This document shows, piece after piece, positions 38,105-49,009 of a stretch of DNA of 64,000 bases. The notes under the pieces were generated by a model that was not told the origin of the DNA, did no database searches, and worked only from the letters and a program-made list of their open reading frames with translations. The position numbers were made by a program, and so were the translations under genes. Location of the stretch: assembly GCA_033722075.1 (NCBI GenBank), contig JAWVZU010000002.1, positions 3,266 through 67,265 of the forward strand. The letters are read 5' to 3'. Within the stretch, counting starts at the first letter, position 1. Every line of letters starts with the position of its first letter. The stretch is from Lysobacterales bacterium. Its GTDB lineage: Bacteria; Pseudomonadota; Gammaproteobacteria; Xanthomonadales; SZUA-38.

Positions 38105-39810
38105 ATCGACGTAGCCGCCAAACCGTGCGAGTCCATCCCGGCCGTTACTACACGGTCCTGGTGCTCTTTGCGCTGCTCGGCTCCTTACTGCTCGCGCGGG
38201 CGGCCGACATTCAGCTGCTGCGCGATCAGTTCTACCGGGATCAGGGCGATGCACGTCACGTGCGCCTTGTTCCGGTCAATGCGGTGCGGGGCGCCATCCT
38301 CGACCGCAATGGAGAACCGCTGGCCATCAGTACGCCGGTCGACTCGGTGTGGGGCAATCCGAAAGAGATGTTGAGCCGTCCCGACCGGTTGCCCGAACTG
38401 GCCGAAATTCTCGACCTGGATGCGGAAACCCTCGCCCGGCGGGTCAGCCAGCGCTCGGAGCGGGAGTTCGTCTACCTGCGCCGGCATGTGGCCCCGGACA
38501 TCGCCGAGCGCGTGGACGCGCTCGAGTTTCCCGGGGTTGCCCTGGAGCGCGAATACCGTCGCTTCTATCCGGCCGGGGAGGCGGCTGGACATGTGCTGGG
38601 CATGACCAACGTGGACGACGTGGGCCAGGAAGGGCTGGAACTCGCATTCAACGAATGGCTGATCGGCGAACCCGGTCAGAAGCGGGTCGTCAAGGACCTC
38701 TATGGCCGCGTGATCGAAAACGTCGAACTGGTGAAGCAGGCACGTCAGGGCCGGGATCTGGTGAGCAGCCTGGATCGCCGCCTCCAGTACCTGGCCTACC
38801 GCGAGCTGAAGTCGGCGGTCGCCGAGTTCGGGGCCAGGTCCGGTTCCGTGGTGGTCCTTTCCGTGGCCAATGGCGAGGTGCTGGCCATGGTCAACCAGCC
38901 CTCTTACAACCCCAACGACCGCACCCGTAACGCGGGTGCGGCAATGCGCAACCGGGCGGTCACCGACTTCTTCGAACCGGGCTCGGTGATCAAGCCGTTC
39001 ACCTTGGCCGCGGCGCTGGAGAGCGGGCGCTACGGTCACAACAGCGAGGTGGATACGTCGCCGGGTTTCCTGCAGGTCGGCAGCTACACGATTCGCGACC
39101 ATCGCGACTACGGCGTCCTGGACATGACCGGGATCCTCACCAAGTCCAGCAACGTGGGCGCCAGCAAGCTGGCGTTGAGCCTCGAGGCCGGGCATCTGTG
39201 GGACATCTACCGCCGTTTCGGTTTCGGGACGGTCACCGGGTCGGCCTTTCCCGGCGAGTCGCCGGGCATCCTGCTGCATCACGGCCGCTGGCGAGAGGTG
39301 GAGCAGGCGGCGGTCTCCTACGGCTATGGAGTTTCGACCACCCCGCTGCAACTGGCGACCGCCTATGCGGCGATTGCCAACCAGGGCCGGATTCGCGCAC
39401 CGAGCTTCGTCAAGGGGGCAGTCAATCCGGACAGCGCCGTCATCGATCCCCAGCTCGCCCGCCAGCTGATCGGCATGATGGAAACGGTGACCGCGACGGC
39501 GGGCACCGGCACCCGCGCGGCCCTGACCCATTTCCGCGTGGCGGGAAAGACCGGAACGTCTCGGAAGGCCAGCCAGGAAGGCTATTCGGACCGCTACATC
39601 GCCACTTTTGCGGGCATGGCGCCGGCCAGCAACCCGCAGCTGGTTGTAGTGGTGGTGATCAACGACCCGGCATCCGAGGAATATTACGGCGGACAGGTCG
39701 CCGCGCCGGTCTTCCGGGAAGTGATGGGGGCGGCGCTGCGCCTGATGAACATCGCGCCGGACAATCTCCTGGCCAGTCCGCCGAATTACGTGGCGGGAGG
39801 CGAGCGATGA
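38101..39810 (+). CDS. ftsI: Peptidoglycan D,D-transpeptidase FtsI (PBP3)
   Basis: GTGA overlap with ftsL. PBP dimer domain plus transpeptidase motifs (GSVIKPF = SxxK, SSN, KTGT). Confidence 0.95.
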   Translation: MNRRSRQTVRVHPGRYYTVLVLFALLGSLLLARAADIQLLRDQFYRDQGDARHVRLVPVNAVRGAILDRNGEPLAISTPVDSVWGNPKEMLSRPDRLPELAEILDLDAETLARRVSQRSEREFVYLRRHVAPDIAERVDALEFPGVALEREYRRFYPAGEAAGHVLGMTNVDDVGQEGLELAFNEWLIGEPGQKRVVKDLYGRVIENVELVKQARQGRDLVSSLDRRLQYLAYRELKSAVAEFGARSGSVVVLSVANGEVLAMVNQPSYNPNDRTRNAGAAMRNRAVTDFFEPGSVIKPFTLAAALESGRYGHNSEVDTSPGFLQVGSYTIRDHRDYGVLDMTGILTKSSNVGASKLALSLEAGHLWDIYRRFGFGTVTGSAFPGESPGILLHHGRWREVEQAAVSYGYGVSTTPLQLATAYAAIANQGRIRAPSFVKGAVNPDSAVIDPQLARQLIGMMETVTATAGTGTRAALTHFRVAGKTGTSRKASQEGYSDRYIATFAGMAPASNPQLVVVVVINDPASEEYYGGQVAAPVFREVMGAALRLMNIAPDNLLASPPNYVAGGER

Positions 39811-41258
39811 TGCGTCTCTCCCAGCTCATCGAAGGATTCGCGAAACTGCGCGGTGAAGACGTCGAGATCGGCGGCCTGAGCCTCGATTCGCGCACGGTTC
39901 AGCCCGGGGAGGCTTTTCTGGCCCTGCCCGGGACGCGTGACGACGGCGCCCGGTTCATTCCGGAAGCCGTGGCCCGAGGCTGCGTTGCGGTCCTGCGAGA
40001 TGCAAATGGGGCAGGCGCCGATGCCGCGGGCGTGCCGTTGGTAGGCATTCCCCATCTCGCCGTGAATGCCGGTGAACTGGCCAGCCGCTTCTACGGCCAT
40101 CCGAGCCGCTCGATGGACGTCATCGGGGTCACCGGAACCAACGGCAAGACCTCCTTCGTCCACCTGCTGGCGCGTGCGCTGCAGCGCCGTTCCGCGTCCG
40201 GCAGCATCGGTACGCTGGGTGCCGGGCCGGTCGGCCGTGAGCATGCGCTGCGGCACACGACGCCCGACCCGATCTCGGTGCACCGGGAACTGGCCGCGAT
40301 GCGCGATGCCGGGGTGGTCAGCGTGGCGATGGAAGTTTCCTCGCACGCACTTGACCAGCATCGGGTCGCCGGCGTGCGATTTGCCGGGGCCGCCTGGACC
40401 AATCTCACGCGAGACCATCTCGACTATCACGGCAGCATGGCCCGCTACGCCGCGGCAAAAGCCCGCCTGATGGCCTGGGAAGGCCTCCGCTTTGCCATCC
40501 TGAACCACGATGATTCCTGGGTTGACGAATTCCGGAAGCGGACCGGCAAGAACGTGCACTGCGTGGAATACGGGCTGAAGGGCGGTGACTATCGGGCCGA
40601 GGAATTGCAATTCACCGGCACCGGCGTGGTCTTCACCCTGCGCTCCCCGCTGGGCTCGACCCGCGTGGCGACCCGTCTGCTGGGGCGCTTCAATGTTCAC
40701 AACCTGCTGGCCATCGCGGCGACCCTCGGTGCCCTGGGATGGGGGCTGGCAGACATCGCTGCAGCCATCGAGGCGGCAGAACCGGTGCCCGGGCGCGTCA
40801 ACGCACTCGCCCGGCCGGGCCAGCCGGTGGTCGTCATCGACTATGCCCACACGCCGGACGCGCTCGAGCAATGCCTGACCGCACTGCGCGAACATGGATT
40901 CCGGCGCATTTCCTGCGTCTTCGGCTGCGGCGGAGACCGGGATCGCGGCAAGCGACCCCTGATGGCCGCCGCGGTGGAGGGTCTGGCGGACCGGCTGATC
41001 GTGACCGACGACAATCCCCGCACCGAGTCCGGGGACCGGATCATCGCCGACATCCTCGCCGGGCTGCAGCGACCCGACGAGGCGATCGTCGAGCGGGATC
41101 GCGCCCGGGCGATCGCCCAAGCGATTCGGGCGAGCGGTGCCGGGGACCTGGTGCTGATCGCCGGAAAGGGGCACGAGACCTACCAGGAGGTCGGTACCGA
41201 GCGGCGCCCCTTCGACGACCGCGTGGCCGCCCTGGAAGTCCTGGAGGGCGCGGCATGA
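39807..41258 (+). CDS. murE: UDP-N-acetylmuramoyl-L-alanyl-D-glutamate--2,6-diaminopimelate ligase
   Basis: ATGA overlap with ftsI. GVTGTNGKTS P-loop, and DYAHTPDAL and GCGGDRDRGKRPLM motifs. Confidence 0.95.
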   Translation: MMRLSQLIEGFAKLRGEDVEIGGLSLDSRTVQPGEAFLALPGTRDDGARFIPEAVARGCVAVLRDANGAGADAAGVPLVGIPHLAVNAGELASRFYGHPSRSMDVIGVTGTNGKTSFVHLLARALQRRSASGSIGTLGAGPVGREHALRHTTPDPISVHRELAAMRDAGVVSVAMEVSSHALDQHRVAGVRFAGAAWTNLTRDHLDYHGSMARYAAAKARLMAWEGLRFAILNHDDSWVDEFRKRTGKNVHCVEYGLKGGDYRAEELQFTGTGVVFTLRSPLGSTRVATRLLGRFNVHNLLAIAATLGALGWGLADIAAAIEAAEPVPGRVNALARPGQPVVVIDYAHTPDALEQCLTALREHGFRRISCVFGCGGDRDRGKRPLMAAAVEGLADRLIVTDDNPRTESGDRIIADILAGLQRPDEAIVERDRARAIAQAIRASGAGDLVLIAGKGHETYQEVGTERRPFDDRVAALEVLEGAA

Positions 41259-42601
41259 TCCACGGACAACTCAGTCAGGCCGCCGCCTGGGTCGACGGGG
41301 AACTGCTGGGACCGGACGCCGACTTCCGGGGACTGGCCATCGACAGTCGCAAGATCGAACCGCAGCAGCTGTTCGTCGCCCTGCACGGGGAGCGGACCGA
41401 TGGACACCGCTACGTTGGCAGCGCCCTGGCCGACGGCGCGGCGGGCGCGCTGATCGAGTCCGATACGGGTGTCGAGGGTTCGCAGATCCAGGTTTCCGAT
41501 ACGCTCGCCGGCATCGGGCATCTCGGACGGGCCTGGCGCGAACGCTTTGACCTGCCAGTCATCGGCGTCACCGGCAGCAATGGCAAGACCACCGTCAAGT
41601 CGATGCTGGCGGCGATCCTCGGGCTGCGCCGCCACTGGCTGGTGAACCGGGGCAATTTCAACAACGAGATCGGGGTTCCGCTGACCCTCGCCGAGCTGGA
41701 CGAAACCCACGTCGGCGCGATCGTGGAGATGGGCTGTGCTCGCCCCGGTGACATTGCCTATCTCGCCGGCCTGGCCAAGCCCAGCATTGGCGTGGTCACG
41801 AACGCTGCAGCCGCTCATCTCGAGGGGATGGGTACGGTGCAGAAGGTCGCCGCGACCAAGGGCGAGATGTTCCAGGCCCTTTCCAAGGATGGCTGGGCGG
41901 TGATCAATGCCGACGATGACCATGCCGATTTCTGGCGTGAACTGGCGCAGGGACGGAACATCGCCACCTCCGGTCTCGACAATGCGGCGGACGTCCGGGG
42001 GACCTACTCGGCCGATGGCGATGAGCGGCGCCTGGAGATCCGGGCCGCCGACTGGAAGGCGGACGTGAGCCTCAAGGTGCCGGGCGTGCACAATGCGCGC
42101 AACGCCCTGGCGGCAGCGACCGCAGCGCGGATTGCCGGCGCGTCCCCGGAGGATATTGCCCACGCCCTGAGCCAGTTCGTGGCCGTGGGCGGGCGCCTGG
42201 ACGCACGGCCCCAGCCGGGGGGCTGGCTGCTCCTGGAGGACAGCTACAACGCCAACCCGGCGTCGCTGGCGGCCGGGATCAGCGTGTTGCTGGAGCATCC
42301 GGGTGAGCGCTGGCTTGTGCTCGGCGACATGGCGGAACTGGGGCCCGATGCGGAAGCGCTGCATTTCCAGGCCGGCTCGACCGCCCGGCGCCAGGGTGTC
42401 GAGCGACTGTTCGGGGTGGGTCCGCTGAGCCACCATGCGGTGCAGGCCTTCGGTGAGGGGGGCGAGCACTTTGCCGGCAAGAAAGAGCTGATCGAAGCGC
42501 TCAAGTCCCGCCTGAAATCCGGCGTCGTGTGCCTCATCAAGGGCTCGCGCAGCTCTCGCATGGAAGAGGTCAGCCAAGCGCTTACCGGGGGGAATGTCTG
42601 A
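41255..42601 (+). CDS. murF: UDP-N-acetylmuramoyl-tripeptide--D-alanyl-D-alanine ligase
   Basis: ATGA overlap with mur[12 protein letters not shown]-loop and DSYNANP motif. Confidence 0.93.
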   Translation: MIHGQLSQAAAWVDGELLGPDADFRGLAIDSRKIEPQQLFVALHGERTDGHRYVGSALADGAAGALIESDTGVEGSQIQVSDTLAGIGHLGRAWRERFDLPVIGVTGSNGKTTVKSMLAAILGLRRHWLVNRGNFNNEIGVPLTLAELDETHVGAIVEMGCARPGDIAYLAGLAKPSIGVVTNAAAAHLEGMGTVQKVAATKGEMFQALSKDGWAVINADDDHADFWRELAQGRNIATSGLDNAADVRGTYSADGDERRLEIRAADWKADVSLKVPGVHNARNALAAATAARIAGASPEDIAHALSQFVAVGGRLDARPQPGGWLLLEDSYNANPASLAAGISVLLEHPGERWLVLGDMAELGPDAEALHFQAGSTARRQGVERLFGVGPLSHHAVQAFGEGGEHFAGKKELIEALKSRLKSGVVCLIKGSRSSRMEEVSQALTGGNV

Positions 42602-43683
42602 TGCTCTTGATCCTGGCCGATTACCTGCGCGAGTTCGAAAGCGGCTTCAACGTATTCAGCTACGTGACCTTCCGGACCATCCTCAGTGCGCTGACTGCGC
42701 TGGCCCTGTCCCTCCTGGTGGGGCCCTGGATGATTTCCCGCCTGTCGGCCTACCAGATGGGTCAGCCCATTCGGCGGGATGGGCCGCAGTCCCACCTGGC
42801 CAAGGCCGGTACGCCGACCATGGGCGGGGCGCTGATTCTGGTGGCGGTGCTGGTGGCGACGGTCCTCTGGGCCGACCTGAAGAACCAGTATGTCTGGGTG
42901 GTGGTCGCGGTGACCGCGGCATTCGGCGTGATCGGCTGGATCGACGACTATCGAAAGCTCGTGCTCAAGGACAGTCGGGGCCTGCCGGCTCGCTGGAAGT
43001 ACCTGCTGCAGTCGATCGCCGGTCTGGGCGCAGCCGTGTACTTGTACATGAATGCGGACTCGCCGGTCGAGACGCAGCTGATCGTGCCGTTTTTCAAGGA
43101 CGTGGCGATCCCGCTGGGTATCCTGTTCGTACCGCTGGCCTATTGCGTGGTCGTCGGCACCAGCAACGCTGTGAACCTCACGGACGGGCTGGACGGATTG
43201 GCGATCATGCCGACCGTGCTGGTGGCCGCTGCCCTGGGCATCTTCGCCTACGCCTCCGGCCATGCCGTCTTCGCTCCCTACCTGGGCATTCCGCACGTGT
43301 CGGGAACCGGGGAGCTGGCCATCTTCTGCGGTGCCCTGGCCGGAGCCGGCCTGGGTTTCCTCTGGTTCAACACCTATCCGGCTCAGGTCTTCATGGGCGA
43401 TATCGGTGCGTTGGCCATGGGCGCCGCCCTGGGCACCATCGCGGTGATCGTCCGCCAGGAGCTTGTCCTGTTCATCATGGGCGGCGTGTTCGTCATGGAG
43501 ACCGTCTCGGTGATCCTTCAGGTGGCCTCCTACAAGCTCACCGGCAAGCGGATCTTCCGCATGGCGCCCATCCACCATCACTTCGAGCTCAAGGGGTGGC
43601 CGGAGCCACGGGTCATCGTGCGCTTCTGGATCATCACCGTCGTCCTGGTGCTGGTCGGTCTGGCCACCCTGAAGGTGCGCTGA
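42601..43683 (+). CDS. mraY: Phospho-N-acetylmuramoyl-pentapeptide transferase
   Basis: [10 protein letters not shown]-terminus, with [22 protein letters not shown] and MAPIHHHFE motifs. Confidence 0.96.
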   Translation: MLLILADYLREFESGFNVFSYVTFRTILSALTALALSLLVGPWMISRLSAYQMGQPIRRDGPQSHLAKAGTPTMGGALILVAVLVATVLWADLKNQYVWVVVAVTAAFGVIGWIDDYRKLVLKDSRGLPARWKYLLQSIAGLGAAVYLYMNADSPVETQLIVPFFKDVAIPLGILFVPLAYCVVVGTSNAVNLTDGLDGLAIMPTVLVAAALGIFAYASGHAVFAPYLGIPHVSGTGELAIFCGALAGAGLGFLWFNTYPAQVFMGDIGALAMGAALGTIAVIVRQELVLFIMGGVFVMETVSVILQVASYKLTGKRIFRMAPIHHHFELKGWPEPRVIVRFWIITVVLVLVGLATLKVR

Positions 43684-44855
43684 TGGTCCAGGCGCGACGC
43701 AAAACCCCTCAGAAGATCGACCTGCGCATCGACCCGGTGTTGCTGAGCAGCGCGATCGCCCTTGCCGTGCTCGGTCTGATCATGGTCGCTTCGGCCTCCG
43801 TGGCCATTGCCGAAAAGAACGATCTGCCGCTGGCCTATTTCGCCATGAAACACGCCGTGGCCCTGACTCTGGGCCTCGGACTGGCCTGGGCGGCGGTGCG
43901 CATCCCGCTGGAGAACCTCGAGCGCGCCAGCCCGCTGCTGCTGCCCCTGGTCGTCGCCATGCTGCTCCTGGTGTTCGTGCCGGGTCTGGGTCAGCGCATC
44001 AACGGCAGTGCCCGCTGGATCGACCTGGGCGTGATGCAGTTCCAGGTGGTCGAAGCGGTGAAGATCCTGTTCATCATTTTCCTGTCCGGCTACGCAGTCA
44101 AACACCACGAGAAGATCTGTACCAGCCTGCGGGGCTTGGTCGCGCCCTGCGTTGCGGCCGCCATTCTCGCCGTGCTGCTTCTGGCGCAGCCGGACTTTGG
44201 TGGCGCGGTCCTGATCATCGGCGTGACCGGCGGCATCCTGTGGATTGCCGGAGCGCGGTTTCGGGACCTGTCTGCGCTGGCTCTCCTGGCGCTACCGGTA
44301 ATGCTGTGGGTCGCGCTGTCGGAGTCCTATCGTCTGCGTCGCCTGCGCAGTTTCCTGGATCCCTGGGCCGACCCCTTCAACGAGGGGTTCCAGCTGACCC
44401 AGGCGCTGATCGCCGTGGGGCGGGGAGAGTGGTTCGGCGTGGGACTTGGCGGCAGTGTCCAGAAGCTGTTCTATCTCCCCGAAGCGCATACGGACTTCAT
44501 CGTCGCGGTTCTTGCGGAAGAACTCGGATTCATCGGGCTGGTCGTCCTCCTGGCCCTGTTTGCGACGCTGATCGGCCGCGGGCTGGTGGTCTCCATGCAT
44601 GCCCTGAACCAGGGGCACCCGTTTGCGGCCTTCCTGAGCTTCGGTATCTCCACGCTGATCGGTCTGCAGGTGCTGATCAGCGTCGGGGTGAACCTCGGTG
44701 TCCTGCCGACCAAGGGGTTGACGCTCCCCCTGATCAGCTCCGGCGGGAGCAGCGTCATGATGACCGGTCTGGCGATCGGTCTGCTGCTGCGAGCCGCGGC
44801 GGAAACCGACCTGGCCCGGCCGCCCGACGAGGCGGCGGAGGCGAGCAATCCATGA
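43683..44855 (+). CDS. ftsW: Peptidoglycan glycosyltransferase FtsW (SEDS family)
   Basis: ATG 43683 overlaps the mraY stop by 1 nt. Polytopic SEDS protein with PEAHTDFIVAVLAEELG and TKGLTLPLISSGGSS motifs. Confidence 0.93.
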   Translation: MVQARRKTPQKIDLRIDPVLLSSAIALAVLGLIMVASASVAIAEKNDLPLAYFAMKHAVALTLGLGLAWAAVRIPLENLERASPLLLPLVVAMLLLVFVPGLGQRINGSARWIDLGVMQFQVVEAVKILFIIFLSGYAVKHHEKICTSLRGLVAPCVAAAILAVLLLAQPDFGGAVLIIGVTGGILWIAGARFRDLSALALLALPVMLWVALSESYRLRRLRSFLDPWADPFNEGFQLTQALIAVGRGEWFGVGLGGSVQKLFYLPEAHTDFIVAVLAEELGFIGLVVLLALFATLIGRGLVVSMHALNQGHPFAAFLSFGISTLIGLQVLISVGVNLGVLPTKGLTLPLISSGGSSVMMTGLAIGLLLRAAAETDLARPPDEAAEASNP

Positions 44856-45919
44856 CCGGTCCCGTGCTGATCATGGCCGGCGGAACGGGGGGGCACATCT
44901 TCCCCGGGCTCGCTGTGGCGCAGGAACTCCAGCGTCGCTCCGTCCCGGTCGCGTGGATGGGCGCTGCGAGCGGGATGGAGGCCGAACTCATTCCGCGCTA
45001 TGGCATTCCCTTCTACCCGATCGACGCGCGTCGCCTGCGCGGCCAACGGCTGGTGGCCCGGCTCCTGCTGCCCCTGATCCTCCTGCGGGCGATGTTCCAG
45101 GCGATCGGCGTGGTGCGCCGGCTGGCGCCGCGAACGGTGCTCGGGATGGGAGGGTTTGCGGCGGGGCCGGGTGGTCTGGCCGCGTGGCTGCTGCGCCGGC
45201 CGCTGGTGATCCACGAACAGAATCGCATTCCCGGGTTGACCAATCGGCTCCTCGCACGGCTCGCCCGGATCGTGCTGTCCGGGTTCCCCGATGCCTTTCC
45301 CGAGGCCCTTGGCGCGGTCTACATCGGAAACCCGGTGCGCGAAGAGATCTACCAGGTGGAGCCGCCGGAGCGGCGGTTCGGCAGGTCGGAGAAGGCTCGC
45401 CTCCTGGTGCTGGGCGGGAGCCAGGGAGCTCTGCGGCTCAACGAGATTCTGCCGAAGGCGCTCGCCGGCATGGCTCAGCCGCCGGCCGTCTGCCACCAGG
45501 TGGGCAAAGTCCATCTGGAGCGTGCCAGGAAAGCCTATGCCGAGGCCGGTGTGGAAGCGGATGTCGTGGCATTCATCGACGCCATGGCCGACGCCTATCG
45601 CCAGGCAGACCTGGTCGTGGCGCGTGCCGGCGCGCTGACGGTTGCCGAACTGGCGGCGGTCGGAATCGGCGCCATCCTGGTGCCTTTTCCCTACGCCGTT
45701 GACGATCACCAGACCCGCAACGCCGAGTTTCTTGCCGATGCCGGGGCTGCCGAGATCGTCCCCGAAGCCGACCTGACCGAAGCGCGCCTGACCGGACGTC
45801 TGACGGAACTGCTGGCCGACCGCTCGCGCCTTGTTGCGATGGCGCAGGCGGCGCGGGAACTGGCAACGCCCGATGCTGCCCGAAACGCGGCGGATGCTTG
45901 CCTGGAGGTGGCGGCATGA
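44852..45919 (+). CDS. murG: Lipid II synthase (undecaprenyl-PP-MurNAc-pentapeptide GlcNAc transferase)
   Basis: ATGA overlap with fts[20 protein letters not shown], and [15 protein letters not shown]...DDHQTRNA. Confidence 0.94.
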   Translation: MTGPVLIMAGGTGGHIFPGLAVAQELQRRSVPVAWMGAASGMEAELIPRYGIPFYPIDARRLRGQRLVARLLLPLILLRAMFQAIGVVRRLAPRTVLGMGGFAAGPGGLAAWLLRRPLVIHEQNRIPGLTNRLLARLARIVLSGFPDAFPEALGAVYIGNPVREEIYQVEPPERRFGRSEKARLLVLGGSQGALRLNEILPKALAGMAQPPAVCHQVGKVHLERARKAYAEAGVEADVVAFIDAMADAYRQADLVVARAGALTVAELAAVGIGAILVPFPYAVDDHQTRNAEFLADAGAAEIVPEADLTEARLTGRLTELLADRSRLVAMAQAARELATPDAARNAADACLEVAA

Positions 45920-47331
45920 ACGACAGCCGGATGCGCCGCTTCCAGAACGTTCATTTCATCGGGATCGGCGGTGCCGGCATGTCCGGCATCGCGGAAGTGA
46001 TGATCAACCTGGGCTACCAGGTGAGCGGCTCGGACCTTGCTCGCACCGGGACCGTCGAGCGTCTTGAACGCCTGGGCGCGCGTATCTGTGAGGGGCATTC
46101 CGCCGAGAACGTGGATGACGCACAGGTTGTCGTGGCCTCCAGTGCGGTCGCGGACGACAACCCGGAAGTGGTCGCCGCCGGGGAGCGACGGATTCCGGTG
46201 GTGCCGCGAGCCGAGATGCTCGGTGAGTTGATGCGTTTCCGGGAGGGTATCGCTGTTGCCGGCACTCACGGCAAGACCACCACGACCTCACTGGTTGCCG
46301 CAGTGCTGGCCGAAGGCGGGCTCGATCCGACCTTCGTCATCGGCGGTCTGCTGAACGCCCTGGGGAGCAACGCTCGGCTGGGCGAGGGCCGATTCCTGGT
46401 CGCAGAGGCCGATGAGAGCGATGGCTCCTTTCTGCTGCTGCAGCCCGCCGTTGCGGTGGTCACCAATATCGACCAGGATCACCTGGAAAGCTTCGAGGGC
46501 GATTTCGAGCGGTTGCTCCAGGCTTTCCAGGAGTTCCTGCACCACCTTCCGTTCTACGGGCTGGCCGTCATTTGCCGCGACGATCCCCATCTGGAGGCCA
46601 TGCTCCCGGAGATTCACCGGAACGTGATCACCTACGGGCTTTCCGAGGATGCGGATGTCCGGGCGACCGGGGTGCGCCAGGAAGGCTACACCATGCACTT
46701 CGAGCTGTGGCTTCCCGGCAGCAAGGAAGGCGCGGCGATGAGCCTGAACCTCCCCGGCGTTCACAACGTGCGCAATGCGCTGGCGGCGGTGGCCGTGGCG
46801 CACGACCTCGGGCTGTCCATGGAAGCCATCAGGGTGGGTCTAGGGACCTTCGAGGGCATCGGGCGCCGTTTCAATGTTCACGGCGAACTGGGCGTCGGCG
46901 ATGCGCACGTGACGGTGATGGACGACTATGCTCATCACCCGACCGAGCTGGAGGCGACCCTCGATGCGGCTCGCGGCGCTTGGCCGGATCGTCGCCTCGT
47001 GGTGCTCTTCCAGCCCCATCGGTATACCCGGACCCACCGCCTGCTGGATGACTTCGTCCGTGTGCTGGCGACGGTCGACGTGCTCCTGGTCACGGACGTG
47101 TACCCGGCCGGCGAAGAGCCGATCCCGGGCGCCGACGGCCGCGCCATCTGTCGCGCCGTGCGGGCGCGCAAGCGGATCGACCCGATCTTCGCGGCGCATC
47201 CACGGGAAGCGATCGAAGTCCTGCCGGACGTGTTGAACGACGGAGACGTGCTGCTGTTCCTGGGCGCCGGCGATGTTGGTCCCGTGGCCGCGGATTTCGT
47301 GGCCGGGCTGCGCGAGGAGGCCGGAACATGA
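45916..47331 (+). CDS. murC: UDP-N-acetylmuramate--L-alanine ligase
   Basis: ATGA overlap with mur[30 protein letters not shown] and DDYAHHPTE motifs. Confidence 0.95.
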   Translation: MNDSRMRRFQNVHFIGIGGAGMSGIAEVMINLGYQVSGSDLARTGTVERLERLGARICEGHSAENVDDAQVVVASSAVADDNPEVVAAGERRIPVVPRAEMLGELMRFREGIAVAGTHGKTTTTSLVAAVLAEGGLDPTFVIGGLLNALGSNARLGEGRFLVAEADESDGSFLLLQPAVAVVTNIDQDHLESFEGDFERLLQAFQEFLHHLPFYGLAVICRDDPHLEAMLPEIHRNVITYGLSEDADVRATGVRQEGYTMHFELWLPGSKEGAAMSLNLPGVHNVRNALAAVAVAHDLGLSMEAIRVGLGTFEGIGRRFNVHGELGVGDAHVTVMDDYAHHPTELEATLDAARGAWPDRRLVVLFQPHRYTRTHRLLDDFVRVLATVDVLLVTDVYPAGEEPIPGADGRAICRAVRARKRIDPIFAAHPREAIEVLPDVLNDGDVLLFLGAGDVGPVAADFVAGLREEAGT

Positions 47332-48263
47332 GTCTCCGTGCGCCGGAAGATTACGGCCGGGTCCTCCTCGTAATGGGTGGCGACGGCAGCGAGCGCGAGG
47401 TGTCCCTGGACGGCGGCAGCCAGGTTCTCGCAGCGCTGCAGCGTCAGGATGTGGACGTGGAGCCCATCGACGGCCTGGCGGAATTGATCGCGGCAGTCGG
47501 ACAACAACGCGGTGACCGGGTGTTCAACCTGTTGCACGGCCGCGGCGGCGAGGACGGCGTTCTCCAGGGCGCAATGCGGGCCCTGGGCGTACCCTTCACC
47601 GGCGCCGGCGTTCTCGGCTCCGCGCTTTCCATGCACAAGGCGCAGGCCAAGCGGATCTGGCTGCAGTGTGGCCTGCTCACGCCGCAGTTTGCGCTGGTCG
47701 TGAGTGAGGAGGCAGCGGCTCGCGCAGCCGAGGAGCTGGGTTTTCCCCTGGTCTGCAAGCCGCCGTCGGAGGGATCCAGCGTGGGGATTTCCATGGTGGC
47801 CGATGCCGATGAGTTGTCCACGGCCTTCGAACTTGCCCAGCGCCATGAAACCGAGGTGATGCTGGAATCCTTCATCGAAGGCGCGGAATACACCGTCGGG
47901 GTATTGGCCGGAAAAGCGCTTCCGGTGGTCCGCATCCAGCCTGCCCGTGCCTTCTATGACTACACCGCCAAGTACGAGGACGACGCGACCGGCTACTTCT
48001 GCCCCAGCGGCCTGAGCAGCAACGAGGAGGCGATGCTCCAGGCTACGGCCCTGGCGGCTTTCAGGGCGCTGGAATGCTCGGGATGGGGCCGGATCGACTT
48101 CATCCGCGGATCGGACCGGCGCTTCTATCTCCTGGAGGCCAACACCACTCCGGGCATGACCTCGCACAGCCTGGTCCCCAAGGCCGCTGCGGCTGCGGGT
48201 ATCAGCTTCGATGATCTCTGCCTGGCCATACTCGAAACCAGCTTTGACGAGGTGAAACGATGA
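47328..48263 (+). CDS. ddl: D-alanine--D-alanine ligase
   Basis: ATGA overlap with mur[20 protein letters not shown] and [14 protein letters not shown] motifs. Confidence 0.93.
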   Translation: MSLRAPEDYGRVLLVMGGDGSEREVSLDGGSQVLAALQRQDVDVEPIDGLAELIAAVGQQRGDRVFNLLHGRGGEDGVLQGAMRALGVPFTGAGVLGSALSMHKAQAKRIWLQCGLLTPQFALVVSEEAAARAAEELGFPLVCKPPSEGSSVGISMVADADELSTAFELAQRHETEVMLESFIEGAEYTVGVLAGKALPVVRIQPARAFYDYTAKYEDDATGYFCPSGLSSNEEAMLQATALAAFRALECSGWGRIDFIRGSDRRFYLLEANTTPGMTSHSLVPKAAAAAGISFDDLCLAILETSFDEVKR

Positions 48264-49009
48264 GCGCCCAGCTGGCCCTGTGGCAAAAAACGCTTCGCTG
48301 GGCTGCTGCGGCGGCCCTCCTGGCAATCGGGCTGCTCGTACTCGCGGGCGTAGGCCGGGTGATGCGGGTCGACGCCCTGGCGATCCGCTGGGTCGAGGTC
48401 AACGGCGCTTTCCAGCGGGTCAGCGCCGAGCAGGTTCGCAGCGCCGCTGCCCTGCACCTGGTCGACGGTTTCTTCGCGGTCGATCCGCTGCGGGTCAAGG
48501 CGGCCGTCGAGCAGGTGCCGTGGGTGCAGAACGCCATGGTCGTCAAGCGCTGGCCGGACACGGTTGTGATCGACGTCACCGAACATCGCCCCCTCGCCCG
48601 CTGGGGCGGTGACCGGCTGGTCAGCGATACCGGGCACCTGTTCAGCGTGGACGGTACGGCGCTGATGGGGGGCTTGCCGGTGCTGAACGGTCCGGACGAG
48701 GCGGCACCCGAAGTGGTCGTTTTCTATCGGGCCCTGCAGGATCGCCTCGCCGGCACGGGTCTGGAAGTTGCGCGCCTGGAGCGTTCGCCGCGCGGCGCCT
48801 GGCATGCGGAACTGGCCGGTGGAGTGGAACTGATGCTCGGGAGCGACCAGCCGCTTCCTCGCGTGGAGCGCTTCGTGGCGGCTCTGCGTGAACTCGGGGG
48901 CGATCCCAAGACCCTCCTGAGACGGGTCGACCTGCGCTACGGCCATGGTTTCGCCGTGCGCTGGCGTGAGTCGGCAGAACCGGGCTTGAGCGTGGTGGGC
49001 ATGGAATGA
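48260..49009 (+). CDS. ftsQ: Cell division protein FtsQ
   Basis: ATGA overlap with ddl. An N-terminal TM helix is followed by a POTRA-like region (IRWVEVNGAFQRVSAEQV) and an FtsQ beta domain. Confidence 0.85.
   Translation: MSAQLALWQKTLRWAAAAALLAIGLLVLAGVGRVMRVDALAIRWVEVNGAFQRVSAEQVRSAAALHLVDGFFAVDPLRVKAAVEQVPWVQNAMVVKRWPDTVVIDVTEHRPLARWGGDRLVSDTGHLFSVDGTALMGGLPVLNGPDEAAPEVVVFYRALQDRLAGTGLEVARLERSPRGAWHAELAGGVELMLGSDQPLPRVERFVAALRELGGDPKTLLRRVDLRYGHGFAVRWRESAEPGLSVVGME

Noticed and set aside
38185-42577. Several 440-465-aa minus-strand ORFs across ftsI, murE and murF (38185-39531, 39786-41174, 41180-42577)
   Set aside because: They are antisense to well-supported dcw genes and contain no motifs. 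They are GC-rich shadow ORFs.
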